NCBI GenBank assembly: GCA_965263065.1
Contig: CBDHGH010000003.1
Location: 2,565,592 to 2,629,591, forward strand
Length of the DNA: 64,000 nt
Source of the DNA: Dehalococcoidia bacterium
GTDB taxonomy: Bacteria; Chloroflexota; Dehalococcoidia; Bin125
Reading direction: 5' to 3'
The notes beneath the pieces are model-generated. The model was not told where the DNA came from, ran no database searches, and saw nothing but the letters and a program-made list of their open reading frames with translations. A program made the translations under genes and the position numbers. Below, piece after piece: positions 18,635 through 28,414 of this stretch. How positions within the stretch are numbered: position 1 is the stretch's first letter; each line of letters begins with the position of its first letter.

Positions 18635-19651
18635 GTGGCCCCGGCAGCGGCGCCCTCCGGCGCGACGGCCTGGCTGTTCCCAGGACAGGGCGCCCAGCAC
18701 GTCGGCATGGGCCGAGACCTGTACGACGCGTTCCCCGAGGCGCGCGCAGTCTACGAGCGCGCGGATGCGGCGCTGGATCGGCCGCTCTCCTCGATCATCT
18801 TCGACGGGCCGGAGGAGGATCTGCTGCAAACCATCAACGCGCAGCCGGCCATCCTGATCACCAGCTTGGCTTGCTTGGCGGCGGCGCAGGCGGCGGGCAT
18901 CGTCGGACGTCCGTCAGCGGTCGCTGGAGTGGCGTCGGACCGGGCGCCCGCGTACGTGGCGGGGCACAGCCTGGGGGAGTACACCGCCCTGGTGGCGTCT
19001 GGCGCACTCGACGCCGACGCCGGCGTCCGGCTGGTGCAAAAGCGGGGCCGCCTGATGCAGCAGGCCGGCGAGGCCAATCCCGGCACGCTCGCGGCGATCT
19101 TGGGGCTCCCGGAGCAGGATGTGGCAGCGGTCTGCCGCGAGGCGGGCACGGAGATCTGCAACGTCAACGCGGCGACGCAGATCGTCGTGGGCGGCACGCG
19201 CGCGGCCGTCGCGCGGGCGATGGACCTCGCGACGGCGCGGGGCGCCCGCAAGGCGATTCCCCTGAGGGTCAGCGGCGCGTTTCATTCGTCCCTGATGCTG
19301 CCGGCGGCCGAGCGGATGCTGGCGGAGGTCGACCGCGTATCGTTCCGGATGCCGGCGACGCCCATCGTGGCCAATGTGACGGGCAAGGTCATCGAATGCA
19401 CGCTGCCCGGGGCGGCCGCGGAGGCAGTCGGCGCAATCAACGCCGCGCTGCGGACCGAGCTTGCGCAGCAACTCCGATCGACGGTGCGCTGGGAGCAGTC
19501 GGTGCTGTTCATGGTCGAAGCCGGCGTGCGCACCTTCGTGGAGATCGGGCCTGGGCGCGTCCTGACGGGGCTCGTGAAGACGATCGCGCGGCAGCAGCGC
19601 CCGACCCTGCTGACGCTCAACGGCGCCGACGCGATCCAGAAGCTGCGCTAG
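18635..19651 (+). CDS. fabD: malonyl-CoA:ACP transacylase
   Basis: Motifs LFPGQGAQHVGMG and GHSLGEYTALV. Confidence 0.9.
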   Translation: MAPAAAPSGATAWLFPGQGAQHVGMGRDLYDAFPEARAVYERADAALDRPLSSIIFDGPEEDLLQTINAQPAILITSLACLAAAQAAGIVGRPSAVAGVASDRAPAYVAGHSLGEYTALVASGALDADAGVRLVQKRGRLMQQAGEANPGTLAAILGLPEQDVAAVCREAGTEICNVNAATQIVVGGTRAAVARAMDLATARGARKAIPLRVSGAFHSSLMLPAAERMLAEVDRVSFRMPATPIVANVTGKVIECTLPGAAAEAVGAINAALRTELAQQLRSTVRWEQSVLFMVEAGVRTFVEIGPGRVLTGLVKTIARQQRPTLLTLNGADAIQKLR

Positions 19652-19700
19652 TCGTGGCGCCGGGGCGTCGCCCCGCACCCACCACACAGAAGGACGGTCC

Positions 19701-20183
19701 GTGGCCAAATTGCACGTGCTGGGACGCCGGCTGGCGTTCCAGGCGCTGTTCGAAGCAGAGTTCGGCCGGGCGACCGCCGCGGAGGCGCTAGCCCGCGAGT
19801 CCGAGTCGCGGCGCATGGCGGCGTCGGACCGGCGCTTCGCCGACGCGCTGATCGCGGGCGTGCTGCGGGAACAGCAGGTCCTGGATGCCACGATCGGGGA
19901 GTTCGCCCCCGCGCACCCGGTCTCGGCGCTGGGGATCGTGGAGCGCGTGGTACTGCGGATTGCGCTCTATGAACTCCTGTTCAATAATGCCGCAACCCCA
20001 TCGGGAGGGGTTCCGGTCGGGGCGGTGATCAATGAAGCGGTCGAGTTGGCCAAGACCTTTGGCAGCGACGCCAGCCGGAGATTTGTCAACGGCGTGCTGG
20101 GCACGGTGAGCCGCGAGCGACTCCCGCAGCCAGCCGCAGAGATGCCGAGCACAGAAATGGGGGCCCCTCATGGCGCTGTTTGA
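19701..20183 (+). CDS. nusB: transcription antitermination factor NusB
   Basis: 160 aa; motifs [21 protein letters not shown] and FVNGVLG. Confidence 0.85.
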   Translation: MAKLHVLGRRLAFQALFEAEFGRATAAEALARESESRRMAASDRRFADALIAGVLREQQVLDATIGEFAPAHPVSALGIVERVVLRIALYELLFNNAATPSGGVPVGAVINEAVELAKTFGSDASRRFVNGVLGTVSRERLPQPAAEMPSTEMGAPHGAV

Positions 20184-20427
20184 ACGCGTGCAGGGAATCA
20201 TCGAGAACCAATTGGGCGTCGAACTGGATGAGATCACCCCGACAGCCTCGTTCGTCGACGACTTGGGGGCGGACTCCCTGGACCTCGTCGAGTTGATCAT
20301 GTCCTTCGAAGATGAGTTCAAGGACGAGGTGCCGGACCTGGAGATCTCCGACGAAGAGGCGGAGGGGATCAGCACCGTGCAGAGCGCGGTCGACTTCCTC
20401 CAGAGCAAAGGCGTCCCTGCGGACTAA
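20170..20427 (+). CDS. acpP: acyl carrier protein
   Basis: 85 aa; motif [13 protein letters not shown]; overlaps the nusB 3' end by 14 nt. Confidence 0.9.
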   Translation: MALFERVQGIIENQLGVELDEITPTASFVDDLGADSLDLVELIMSFEDEFKDEVPDLEISDEEAEGISTVQSAVDFLQSKGVPAD

Positions 20428-20643
20428 CGCCTGCGGGCGGTCGTCGCGCGTGCCGGGCCGGCCGTTCCGGCTCTCGTCCTCGGGCCGAACCACACGGCCG
20501 CCAGCCCCTCCGACCCTGGGCGCGCCGCCAGTCCGGGACATGCGGTAGTCTTAGGCCACGTCTGTGCCCCTGCCGACCCGGTCGGCGGGCGTGGCGATCC
20601 TCCCGGCGCCTTCCAGCCGGGACGGACGCAGACTGAGGCGACG

Positions 20644-21225
20644 ATGGACTTTTTCGGCATCGGGGTTCTTGAGGTGGTGGCCGTACTGCTGCTGATCGCG
20701 ATCGTGTTCGGGCCTCACCGCCTGCCGGAGATCGCCGGGCAGTTTGGCCGTGCGATCCGAGATCTTCGCGAATACGCCCGCGACTTCCGCGACGAATACC
20801 TGACCGATTTCGAGGAGGTCAAGGAGGAGTACCTGGAGGTCCGGCACGACCTGGAACAGACGGACAAGGAGCTGCGCGAGGAACTGAAGCAGATCGACGC
20901 GGAGGTGCGTCTCGCCGCGGCGGAGGTCAAGGGCGCGGTCGAAGACACGGCCTCGGAGGTCACCGGAACTCCCGCGGAGGTCACCGGAACTCCCGCGGAG
21001 GTCGCCGCGGCCGCCGCGGAAGCCGCGGGAGTCGCGGCCGCAGCCGCCGCGGATGCCGCCGCCGCGGCTGCGGCGGCCGAGGCCAGCCTGCCGGCGGCAG
21101 CGCCGATCGCGGAGCGGCCCCGTGGCGCGCGGCGGCGGCTGGGGCGAACGTCCTCGGGCGCATCCAAGGCCGCCCGCCCCGGCAACGTCATCTCCATCAA
21201 CCGCCGGCGCCGGCCGGGCCGGTAG
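20644..21225 (+). CDS. tatA: Sec-independent translocase TatA/TatB family protein
   Basis: Motif GIGVLEVVAVLLLIAIVFGPHRLPE; long Ala-rich C-terminal tail. Confidence 0.8.
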   Translation: MDFFGIGVLEVVAVLLLIAIVFGPHRLPEIAGQFGRAIRDLREYARDFRDEYLTDFEEVKEEYLEVRHDLEQTDKELREELKQIDAEVRLAAAEVKGAVEDTASEVTGTPAEVTGTPAEVAAAAAEAAGVAAAAAADAAAAAAAAEASLPAAAPIAERPRGARRRLGRTSSGASKAARPGNVISINRRRRPGR

Positions 21226-21282
21226 CCGGCCCATCGGGCGCGCGCGCCCGGCCGGCGCATATTCGGGCAGAGCAAATCCACG

Positions 21283-22086
21283 ATGGCGAGTCAGCCAGAG
21301 CCAGCACCCGAGATCGTTGACGACGAGGCGCAAAACGCCCCGGCGGGGATGCTCACCATTGGTGAGCACTTGGTGGAGGCGCGGCAGCGCCTGACGATCG
21401 CCGCACTCACAATCGTCCTCACGACGGTCGTCTCGCTGATCTTCACGAATCAGATCCTGGACTACCTGATCGAACCGGCCCGCGTCGCGGATCCGGACTT
21501 CCGGCCGATCTTCACCGAGTTGCTGGGCTTCATTTCGGCCTATTTCAAGATCGGGCTGCTGGTCGGCATCGCCGTGGCGATGCCGATGGTGATCTACCAG
21601 GGGTTCATGTTCATCAACCCGGGGCTGGAACCGCAGGAGCGGCGCTGGCTGCTGCCGATCGTGTTGCTCGCCTCGCTCTCCTTCGCCGGCGGGGGCGCGT
21701 TCGCGTTCTACGTGGCCTGGCCCCCGGCGCTCGACTTCCTCTTGGACTTCGGCGACAACATCGCCGATCCGCAGATCCGCATCAGCAACTACATCGACAT
21801 GCTCACCCGCTTCGTGTTCTGGACCGGCATCGTCTTCGAGACGCCGCTGGTACTCATGGGCTTCGGCTGGCTGGGCCTCGTCACCGCGCGCCGCCTCGTT
21901 AAGGCATGGCGCTGGGCGATCATTGGCTCGTTCGTCATCGCGGCGTTTATCACGCCCTCGATCGACCCCGTCACTCAGGCGGCGGTCGCGATCCCGCTGA
22001 TCTTCCTCTACGGCCTGGGCATCCTGCTGGTCAAGCTCGTCGAGAAGCGAGGGCTGGGCCGCCATCGGAACGTTGAGCCCGAGTAG
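21283..22086 (+). CDS. tatC: Sec-independent translocase TatC
   Basis: 267 aa; six-TM TatC pattern (LIEPARV... FETPLVLM). Confidence 0.88.
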   Translation: MASQPEPAPEIVDDEAQNAPAGMLTIGEHLVEARQRLTIAALTIVLTTVVSLIFTNQILDYLIEPARVADPDFRPIFTELLGFISAYFKIGLLVGIAVAMPMVIYQGFMFINPGLEPQERRWLLPIVLLASLSFAGGGAFAFYVAWPPALDFLLDFGDNIADPQIRISNYIDMLTRFVFWTGIVFETPLVLMGFGWLGLVTARRLVKAWRWAIIGSFVIAAFITPSIDPVTQAAVAIPLIFLYGLGILLVKLVEKRGLGRHRNVEPE

Positions 22087-22308
22087 GACACCAGGTCCGA
22101 CGCCCAGCCTGCCATAACCGACCCCGATCACGCGATCCCGGGCGTCGGAGGCTTCCAGGGGAACGGCGCCCGTTGCTAGCCTCGTGAGGACCATAGCGGC
22201 GCGCGCGGCCGCTTCTTCGGTGGCGCGGCGCTGATCGCGGGGCTGCGGGTCCTCTCACGCGGGGGTCGCGCTGAAACCGGCCGGGCCCCAAAACGAAGGA
22301 AAGCCTCC

Positions 22309-22938
22309 ATGGAGATCAGGCAGTTGGAGTCAATCAACGCGCGCATCGCGGGTTGCCACGCCTGCGCGCTGGCGGCGGGGCGCACGCGCACGGTCCCCGG
22401 CGACGGCGATCCGAACGCGGAGCTGATGTTCATCGGCGAGGGACCGGGGTTCTACGAGGATCAGCAGGGGAGCCCCTTCGTGGGGCGGGCGGGGGCGCTG
22501 CTGGACGAACTGCTGGCCCGCATCGGGCTGACGCGCGCGGACGTGTTCGTGACGAACGTCGTCAAGTGCCGGCCGCCGAACAACCGCGATCCGGAGCCAG
22601 CCGAGATCGCCGCCTGCGAGCCGTACCTGACGGAGCAGATCGGCGGCATCCGGCCCAAGCTGGTCGTGACCCTGGGCCGTTTCGCGATGCAGTACTTCGT
22701 GCCGGGTGCGGCCATGGGGCGGTCACACGGGCAGGTCATCCAGCGTGGTGCGTATCGGGTCTATCCCGTCTACCACCCGGCCGCGGCATTGCGACAGGGC
22801 CAGTTGGCGCGGGTGCTGCGGGAAGACTTCGATCGCATCCCGGCGCTGCTCGCGGCAGCGGAACGGCCAGCCGCGCCGACGACGCCTGCCGCCCCGGCCG
22901 AGCGCGCGGATGCGGCGACGCAGCTGTCGCTGTTGTAG
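22309..22938 (+). CDS. uracil-DNA glycosylase family 4
   Basis: Motif GEGPGFYEDQQGSPFVGRAG...YHPAA. Confidence 0.85.
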   Translation: MEIRQLESINARIAGCHACALAAGRTRTVPGDGDPNAELMFIGEGPGFYEDQQGSPFVGRAGALLDELLARIGLTRADVFVTNVVKCRPPNNRDPEPAEIAACEPYLTEQIGGIRPKLVVTLGRFAMQYFVPGAAMGRSHGQVIQRGAYRVYPVYHPAAALRQGQLARVLREDFDRIPALLAAAERPAAPTTPAAPAERADAATQLSLL

Positions 22939-22967
22939 CGCTGCCTCCGTTCGAGGGCTCCAGGGCG

Positions 22968-23903
22968 CTAATCGAAGGCGGCGAAGACCTCCGCGTCCAA
23001 CTCCTCGTGGACCTCCGGCGTCTGTTCGATTGACGACAAGCAGAATTCGTCGACGCCCGCGTCGATGTACGCCCCGCACTTGTCGATCAGGTACTGCGGC
23101 GGCCCGATGAGCGTCCAGTCTGGCCCGAGCCTGAGGGTGTAGTCGCGGGCGCGGACCTCCCGCGCCTGCTTCTCGTCGCGGATGATGCGAATCGGCATGT
23201 GCACGGTGGTCGTGATCTGCGCCGGATCGCGGCCCACCGCGTCGCAGTGCCGTTCCAGGATGGCGCGCTGCCGCTTGAGATCCTCCGGCGTCGCGCAGAC
23301 GCTCATGATGTCGCCGTACATCGCGAGCGTCTTCAACGTGCGTTTGGGTCCCTCCCCACCGACCATGATCGGGATCGGCCGCCCGACACCCTTGGGCTCG
23401 AAGGGCGCCTGCCTCAGCGTGTAGTAGCGGCCGCGATAATCCACGAGCCCATCCGAGTCGAAGAGCAGGCGGATCAGCTCGCAGGCCTCCTCGAGCCGGT
23501 CGGAGCGCTCCTTCATCGACGGGAAGTCCCAGCCGTACGCCCGGTGCTCCCGCAGGTGCCAGCCCGTGCCGATACCCAGGATGACGCGGCCGCCCGACAC
23601 CTCGTCGATGGTCGCGGCCATCTTCGCCGTCAGCACCGGGTTGCGGTACGTGTTGCCGGCGACGTGGACGCCCAGCTCAAGCCGGCTGGTCACGGCGGCC
23701 ATGCTCGCCAGCAGCGACCAGCCTTCGAGCGTGGGGATCGAGTCGTACTCGGACACCTCGTCGGTAGGGTTGTGATAGTCCCGGGGCGGGATGAAATGGT
23801 CGTAGGTGTAGGCGCTCGTCCAGCGGCCCGCCTCCATGACCGCGAGCACCGCTTTGATGTCTTCCCAGGACGTGTCGTGGTTGCGGAGTGTTGATCCGAA
23901 CAC
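22968..23903 (-). CDS. LLM-class (luciferase-like) F420-dependent oxidoreductase
   Basis: 311 aa; paralogue of 62841..63758 (shared ...LGIG.GW...E...YGW.FPSMKER.DR...). Confidence 0.8.
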   Translation of the reverse strand: MFGSTLRNHDTSWEDIKAVLAVMEAGRWTSAYTYDHFIPPRDYHNPTDEVSEYDSIPTLEGWSLLASMAAVTSRLELGVHVAGNTYRNPVLTAKMAATIDEVSGGRVILGIGTGWHLREHRAYGWDFPSMKERSDRLEEACELIRLLFDSDGLVDYRGRYYTLRQAPFEPKGVGRPIPIMVGGEGPKRTLKTLAMYGDIMSVCATPEDLKRQRAILERHCDAVGRDPAQITTTVHMPIRIIRDEKQAREVRARDYTLRLGPDWTLIGPPQYLIDKCGAYIDAGVDEFCLSSIEQTPEVHEELDAEVFAAFD

Positions 23904-24079
23904 TGATCTCCCAATTCAGCTGACTGGTCCCGTTCGGGCATGCTGAGAGCGCAGACGCTAGTCCCCCGTTGGCACCCTGTCGAGGGCGAGGCTCGCATGG
24001 CCGGGCAGAAGACCCGGCGGCCGGGCCAGCCCCAGCGGTGCGGCTACGGTACGGTGGGGGTGTCGGGCGAGGAGGATCT

Positions 24080-25747
24080 GTGAGTTCGATTCCCGCGGAC
24101 GGCCTGCGCGTCGTTCCCTTGGGCGGCCTGGGCGAGATCGGCCGCAACATGATGGTGTTCGAGACCGCGGATGACATCGTCGTGGTGGACGCCGGCATCC
24201 TCTTCCCGTCGGAAGAGATGCACGGCATCGACTACATCATCCAGGACGTGACGTACCTGCTGGAGCGTCGCGAGAAGCTGCGCGCCTATCTCATCACACA
24301 CGGCCACGAGGACCACATCGGCGCGCTGCCGCACCTGCTCCACGATCTGCCGGCGCCGATCTACGCGTCGCGGCTGGCGCAGGGGCTGATCGGCGTCAAG
24401 CTGCGCAACGCGAAGATCCGCAACATCGAGCAGATCCAGGTGACGGAGGACACCGTCGTGGACTGCGGCTCGATCACGGCGGAGTACTTCCCGGTGGCGC
24501 ACTCGATCCCGGACGCGATGGGGATTGCGCTGCGCACCCCGGCCGGCATCGTGGTGCACACGGGCGACTTCAAGATCGATCACACCCCGGTGATGAGCGT
24601 GCCCACTGACCTGAACCGCCTCGCGCTGTACGGCGAGGAAGGCGTCCAATTGCTGTGCAGCGACTCGACCTACGCCGACACGCCGGGCCACACCGAGTCC
24701 GAGTTGTCGGTGGGCGAGGCGCTGGAGCACGTGATGCTGACAGCGCCGGGGCGCGTGATTATCGCGACCTTCGCCTCGCAAATCGCGCGCGTCCAACAGA
24801 TCGTGGATGGGGCGGAGAACGCCGGCCGGACCGTCTTCCCGACCGGCCGCTCGATGGTGCAAAACGTGAAGATGGCGCGCGAGCTGAACTACATCCAGGC
24901 GACCGGCGGCGTGATCCGTGACATCAGCCAGCACGAGAACTTCGCCGATGAGGATGTCGTCATCGTCTGCACCGGCGGCCAGGGCGAGCCGATGTCGGCC
25001 TTGGCGCGGATGTCGATGGGGGACCACCGCGACGTGCGGATCAAGCCGGGCGACACCGTCGTGATGTCGTCCAACCCCATCCCCGGCAACGAGTCGGCCG
25101 TCTTCCGGACGATCGACAACCTGTTCCGGGTGGGAGCGGACGTGCGCTACGCGCAGGGGGGCGCGGTGAACGTGCACGTGCGCGGGCATGCCGCCCAGGA
25201 GGAGTTAAAGACGGTCCTGGGGCTCGTGAAGCCCAAGCACTTCATCCCCGTCCATGGGGAACATCGGCATCTGGCGGCGCATGTCAAACTGGCGCGGGCG
25301 ATGGGCGTCGCGCCGGAGAACACGCACCTGCTGCGGGACGGCGCCGTCTTCGAGTTGACGCCCCGAGGCGGGGCGGTGGTGGGTGAGGCCTCGGCGGCGT
25401 ACGTGTTCGTCGATGGCATGAGCGTCGGCGATGTGGACCACACGGTGCTGCGCGATCGCCAGCATCTGGCGACGGATGGCGTCGTGGTGGTGGTGGTCAC
25501 GGTGGACCACGAGACGGGCGCGGTGGTGGCGGATCCGGATGTCGTTTCACGCGGCTTCACGGGGCTGGATGAGTCCCCAGCGCTGCGGGAGCGGACGTCG
25601 CAGGCGCTGCATGAGATGCTGGCGCGCGATAGCCACCCGGTGGAAGCGTCCGCGCTGCACGAGATCGTGAAGGATGAGATTTCCCGTTTCCTGTACCGCG
25701 AAACGCGTCAGCGGCCTATGGTGTTGCCGGTGGTTGTGGAGGTGTAG
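24080..25747 (+). CDS. rnj: ribonuclease J
   Basis: GTG start after an AGGAGGA RBS; metallo-beta-lactamase motif HGHEDHIG plus beta-CASP domain. Confidence 0.85.
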   Translation: MSSIPADGLRVVPLGGLGEIGRNMMVFETADDIVVVDAGILFPSEEMHGIDYIIQDVTYLLERREKLRAYLITHGHEDHIGALPHLLHDLPAPIYASRLAQGLIGVKLRNAKIRNIEQIQVTEDTVVDCGSITAEYFPVAHSIPDAMGIALRTPAGIVVHTGDFKIDHTPVMSVPTDLNRLALYGEEGVQLLCSDSTYADTPGHTESELSVGEALEHVMLTAPGRVIIATFASQIARVQQIVDGAENAGRTVFPTGRSMVQNVKMARELNYIQATGGVIRDISQHENFADEDVVIVCTGGQGEPMSALARMSMGDHRDVRIKPGDTVVMSSNPIPGNESAVFRTIDNLFRVGADVRYAQGGAVNVHVRGHAAQEELKTVLGLVKPKHFIPVHGEHRHLAAHVKLARAMGVAPENTHLLRDGAVFELTPRGGAVVGEASAAYVFVDGMSVGDVDHTVLRDRQHLATDGVVVVVVTVDHETGAVVADPDVVSRGFTGLDESPALRERTSQALHEMLARDSHPVEASALHEIVKDEISRFLYRETRQRPMVLPVVVEV

Positions 25748-25813
25748 CGGGCGGCCCCGGCCGTTCGCTCTCGCGTTCCTTGGGGTGGCCTCGCACGAAC
25801 GAGGCGTCCTGCT

Positions 25814-28324
25814 ATGGCTCGATCCGCGAAGCCGGCGGCCCCACGGGCGGCCCAACGCTCCGGCGCGCGTCCGCTCGTCCCCCGATTCCTGAGGACCATG
25901 CTCGGCCGGGCCGTGCCGCTTTTGGGCTTGGCGCTGATCGTGTTCGCCGGCCTGGCGACGGCGTGGTTAGTGCAGGTCGACGTGCTTGGCGACGCCCGCG
26001 CGCGCGTCGCGGGGGCACTGGGCGTCGGCGTGTTCCCGCCCCTGGCGCTGTGCAGCCTGGCGGGGCTATGGCTGCTCGCCGGGGCGGCGCCCCTGCCCGC
26101 GCGGCGAGTCGCGCGCACGATGACGATCGGGGCGCTGGTCTATGCGATCAGCCTGGGGATCGCGGGCTTCGTCACGCCCGACTGGACCCTGGGATCGGTC
26201 GATCTGGCGGTCGCAACCGCCACCGGAGACGCCGGTGCATGGCTGGCCTCGGTGCCCGGCGTGGCGATCATGCTGCTGATGGCGCTGACAATCTCCGCGA
26301 TGATCACGCCTCACCACACGGCACAGGCGTTGCTCCTGAGCGGAGCAGTGACTTGGCTCAGCAGTCGCTGGCTGGGCCGGCAGTTGCGGGCGCTCTGGGT
26401 CACCCGTCCCCGGCGCCACCCAACGGACATGTGGGAGGCCGGCGTGGGACCGTCGCAGGCCGCCGACACCTACGCCTTCGACACGACCCTGCCCGCCGTC
26501 GAGCCCCACCTGCCGGCCGCGCCGATCCATGCAGCGGCCGGTGCGGCGGCGGCCGGTGCGGCGGTGGAGATCAAGCCCGCGGCAGCCACCCCCGGGAAGG
26601 CCGCCCTGGCGGACGCCGCGCCCACGCTGCCCCCGGACGACCCCCTGACTCCCGCGCCCTCCGGGGCGGGCACGCGCCGCAGCCCGGACGGCTGGATCCT
26701 GCCGCCCCTGAGCCTGCTGAAGCCCGATACCAAGCGCACCGGCAGCAGCGACAGCCCGCAGCAGGCAAAGGCGATCATCGACACGCTGGCGTCGTTCGGC
26801 GTGGACGCGGAGGTGACGCAAATCAACGAGGGCCCGTCCGTCACGCAGTTCGGCGTGAAGCCCGGCTGGGACGTAAAGACCCGAATGGTCCCCGTCAAGG
26901 ACGCCGACGGTCAGCCACAGTTGGACAAAGACGGCCGGCCCGTGCTGCGCGCGGAGGAGATTGGCCGGACGCGCGTGCGGGTGAACAAGATCACGCGGCT
27001 GACCAACGACATCGCGCTGGCGCTGGCGGCGCCGTCGATCCGGATGGAGGCGCCCGTCCCAGGGCAGCCGATCATCGGCATTGAGGTGCCCAACCGAGAG
27101 ACGCGCATCGTCTCGTTGCGCGGTGTGATCGAGTCGCCGGAGTTCCGGCGGGTCGTCAAGAGCGGCGGCCTGCCCATCGCGCTGGGATGCGGCGTCGCCG
27201 GCCAGCCGGTCGCCGTGGACCTAACAAGGATGCCGCACCTGCTCATCGCGGGCGCGACGGGGTCCGGCAAGAGCGTATCGATCAACGGCATCATCACCAG
27301 CCTCATCACGCACCACTCGCCGGAGTCGCTGCGCATGGTGCTCGTCGACCCCAAGCGGGTCGAATTGACGGCGTACAAAGACATCCCCCATCTGGCGTTT
27401 TCCCGCGTCGTCACGGACGCCGAGGAGGTCACCGGCGTGCTGGCCGTCGTGGTCGCGGAGATGGAGCGTCGCTACTACCGCTTCCAGCAGGCGGGAGCGC
27501 GCAACGTCGCGGCCTACAACGCGGTGGAGCGACCCGAGGGACCACTGCCGTTCTGGGTGGTGATCCTGGACGAACTGGCGGACCTCATGATGGTGGCGCC
27601 GGTGGAGGTGGAAGCGCAGTTGGTGCGGTTGGCGCAGCTCGCCCGCGCGACGGGCATCCACTTGGTGATCGCAACGCAGCGACCCTCGGTGGACGTCGTG
27701 ACGGGGCTGATCAAGGCCAACTTCCCCACCCGGATCGCCTTCGCGACGAGCTCGCAGACGGACTCGCGGGTGATCATGGATCGGGCGGGAGCGGAGAAGC
27801 TGTTGGGTCGCGGCGACATGCTCTTCCAGAGCCAGGACCGGATCACGGCGCAGCGCGTGCAGGGCGCATTCGTCTCGGACGAGGAGATCGCAGCCGTGAT
27901 CGGGTTCTGGTCGCAGGACCGGTTCCGCAACTTGCCGCGGCCGACGCTGGACCAGCAGCTGGAGGAGGCGATCGAGCGCACCACCTCCCCGCGCGAGGAC
28001 GGGCCGGTCACTGTGACGCGGCCGGCCGACGCGGACGGCGTGGCCGCCGTACCGCCCGCACCGGCCGCTGCCCCGTCGCCCCCGACGGAGTCGCGCGACC
28101 CCGCGGACACGCTGTATCCCCGTGCCGTGGCGCTGGCGGCGGAGCACACTCGCATCTCCGCGTCGATGATTCAGCGACGGCTGCGGATCGGGTATCCGCG
28201 CGCGGAGCGGCTGCTCAACGAGTTGGCGCGCAACGGCATTGTGGGGCCCAACGAAGGTGGCCCGTCGCGCGTCGTACTGGTCCAGGAAGCGCCGGTCGGT
28301 GTCCCCGGCGGGGGCGGCGCCTGA
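25814..28324 (+). CDS. ftsK: DNA translocase FtsK/SpoIIIE
   Basis: 836 aa; N-terminal TM segments, Walker A GATGSGKS, and a C-terminal gamma winged-helix domain. Confidence 0.9.
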   Translation: MARSAKPAAPRAAQRSGARPLVPRFLRTMLGRAVPLLGLALIVFAGLATAWLVQVDVLGDARARVAGALGVGVFPPLALCSLAGLWLLAGAAPLPARRVARTMTIGALVYAISLGIAGFVTPDWTLGSVDLAVATATGDAGAWLASVPGVAIMLLMALTISAMITPHHTAQALLLSGAVTWLSSRWLGRQLRALWVTRPRRHPTDMWEAGVGPSQAADTYAFDTTLPAVEPHLPAAPIHAAAGAAAAGAAVEIKPAAATPGKAALADAAPTLPPDDPLTPAPSGAGTRRSPDGWILPPLSLLKPDTKRTGSSDSPQQAKAIIDTLASFGVDAEVTQINEGPSVTQFGVKPGWDVKTRMVPVKDADGQPQLDKDGRPVLRAEEIGRTRVRVNKITRLTNDIALALAAPSIRMEAPVPGQPIIGIEVPNRETRIVSLRGVIESPEFRRVVKSGGLPIALGCGVAGQPVAVDLTRMPHLLIAGATGSGKSVSINGIITSLITHHSPESLRMVLVDPKRVELTAYKDIPHLAFSRVVTDAEEVTGVLAVVVAEMERRYYRFQQAGARNVAAYNAVERPEGPLPFWVVILDELADLMMVAPVEVEAQLVRLAQLARATGIHLVIATQRPSVDVVTGLIKANFPTRIAFATSSQTDSRVIMDRAGAEKLLGRGDMLFQSQDRITAQRVQGAFVSDEEIAAVIGFWSQDRFRNLPRPTLDQQLEEAIERTTSPREDGPVTVTRPADADGVAAVPPAPAAAPSPPTESRDPADTLYPRAVALAAEHTRISASMIQRRLRIGYPRAERLLNELARNGIVGPNEGGPSRVVLVQEAPVGVPGGGGA

Positions 28325-28414
28325 AGCTTCGATCCACCGTCGTTGCGCGACGCAGTGCGGCCACGCTAGGCGACTCCCCCACAGTTGGCGCATACTGAGG
28401 GCAGGAGGCGACCG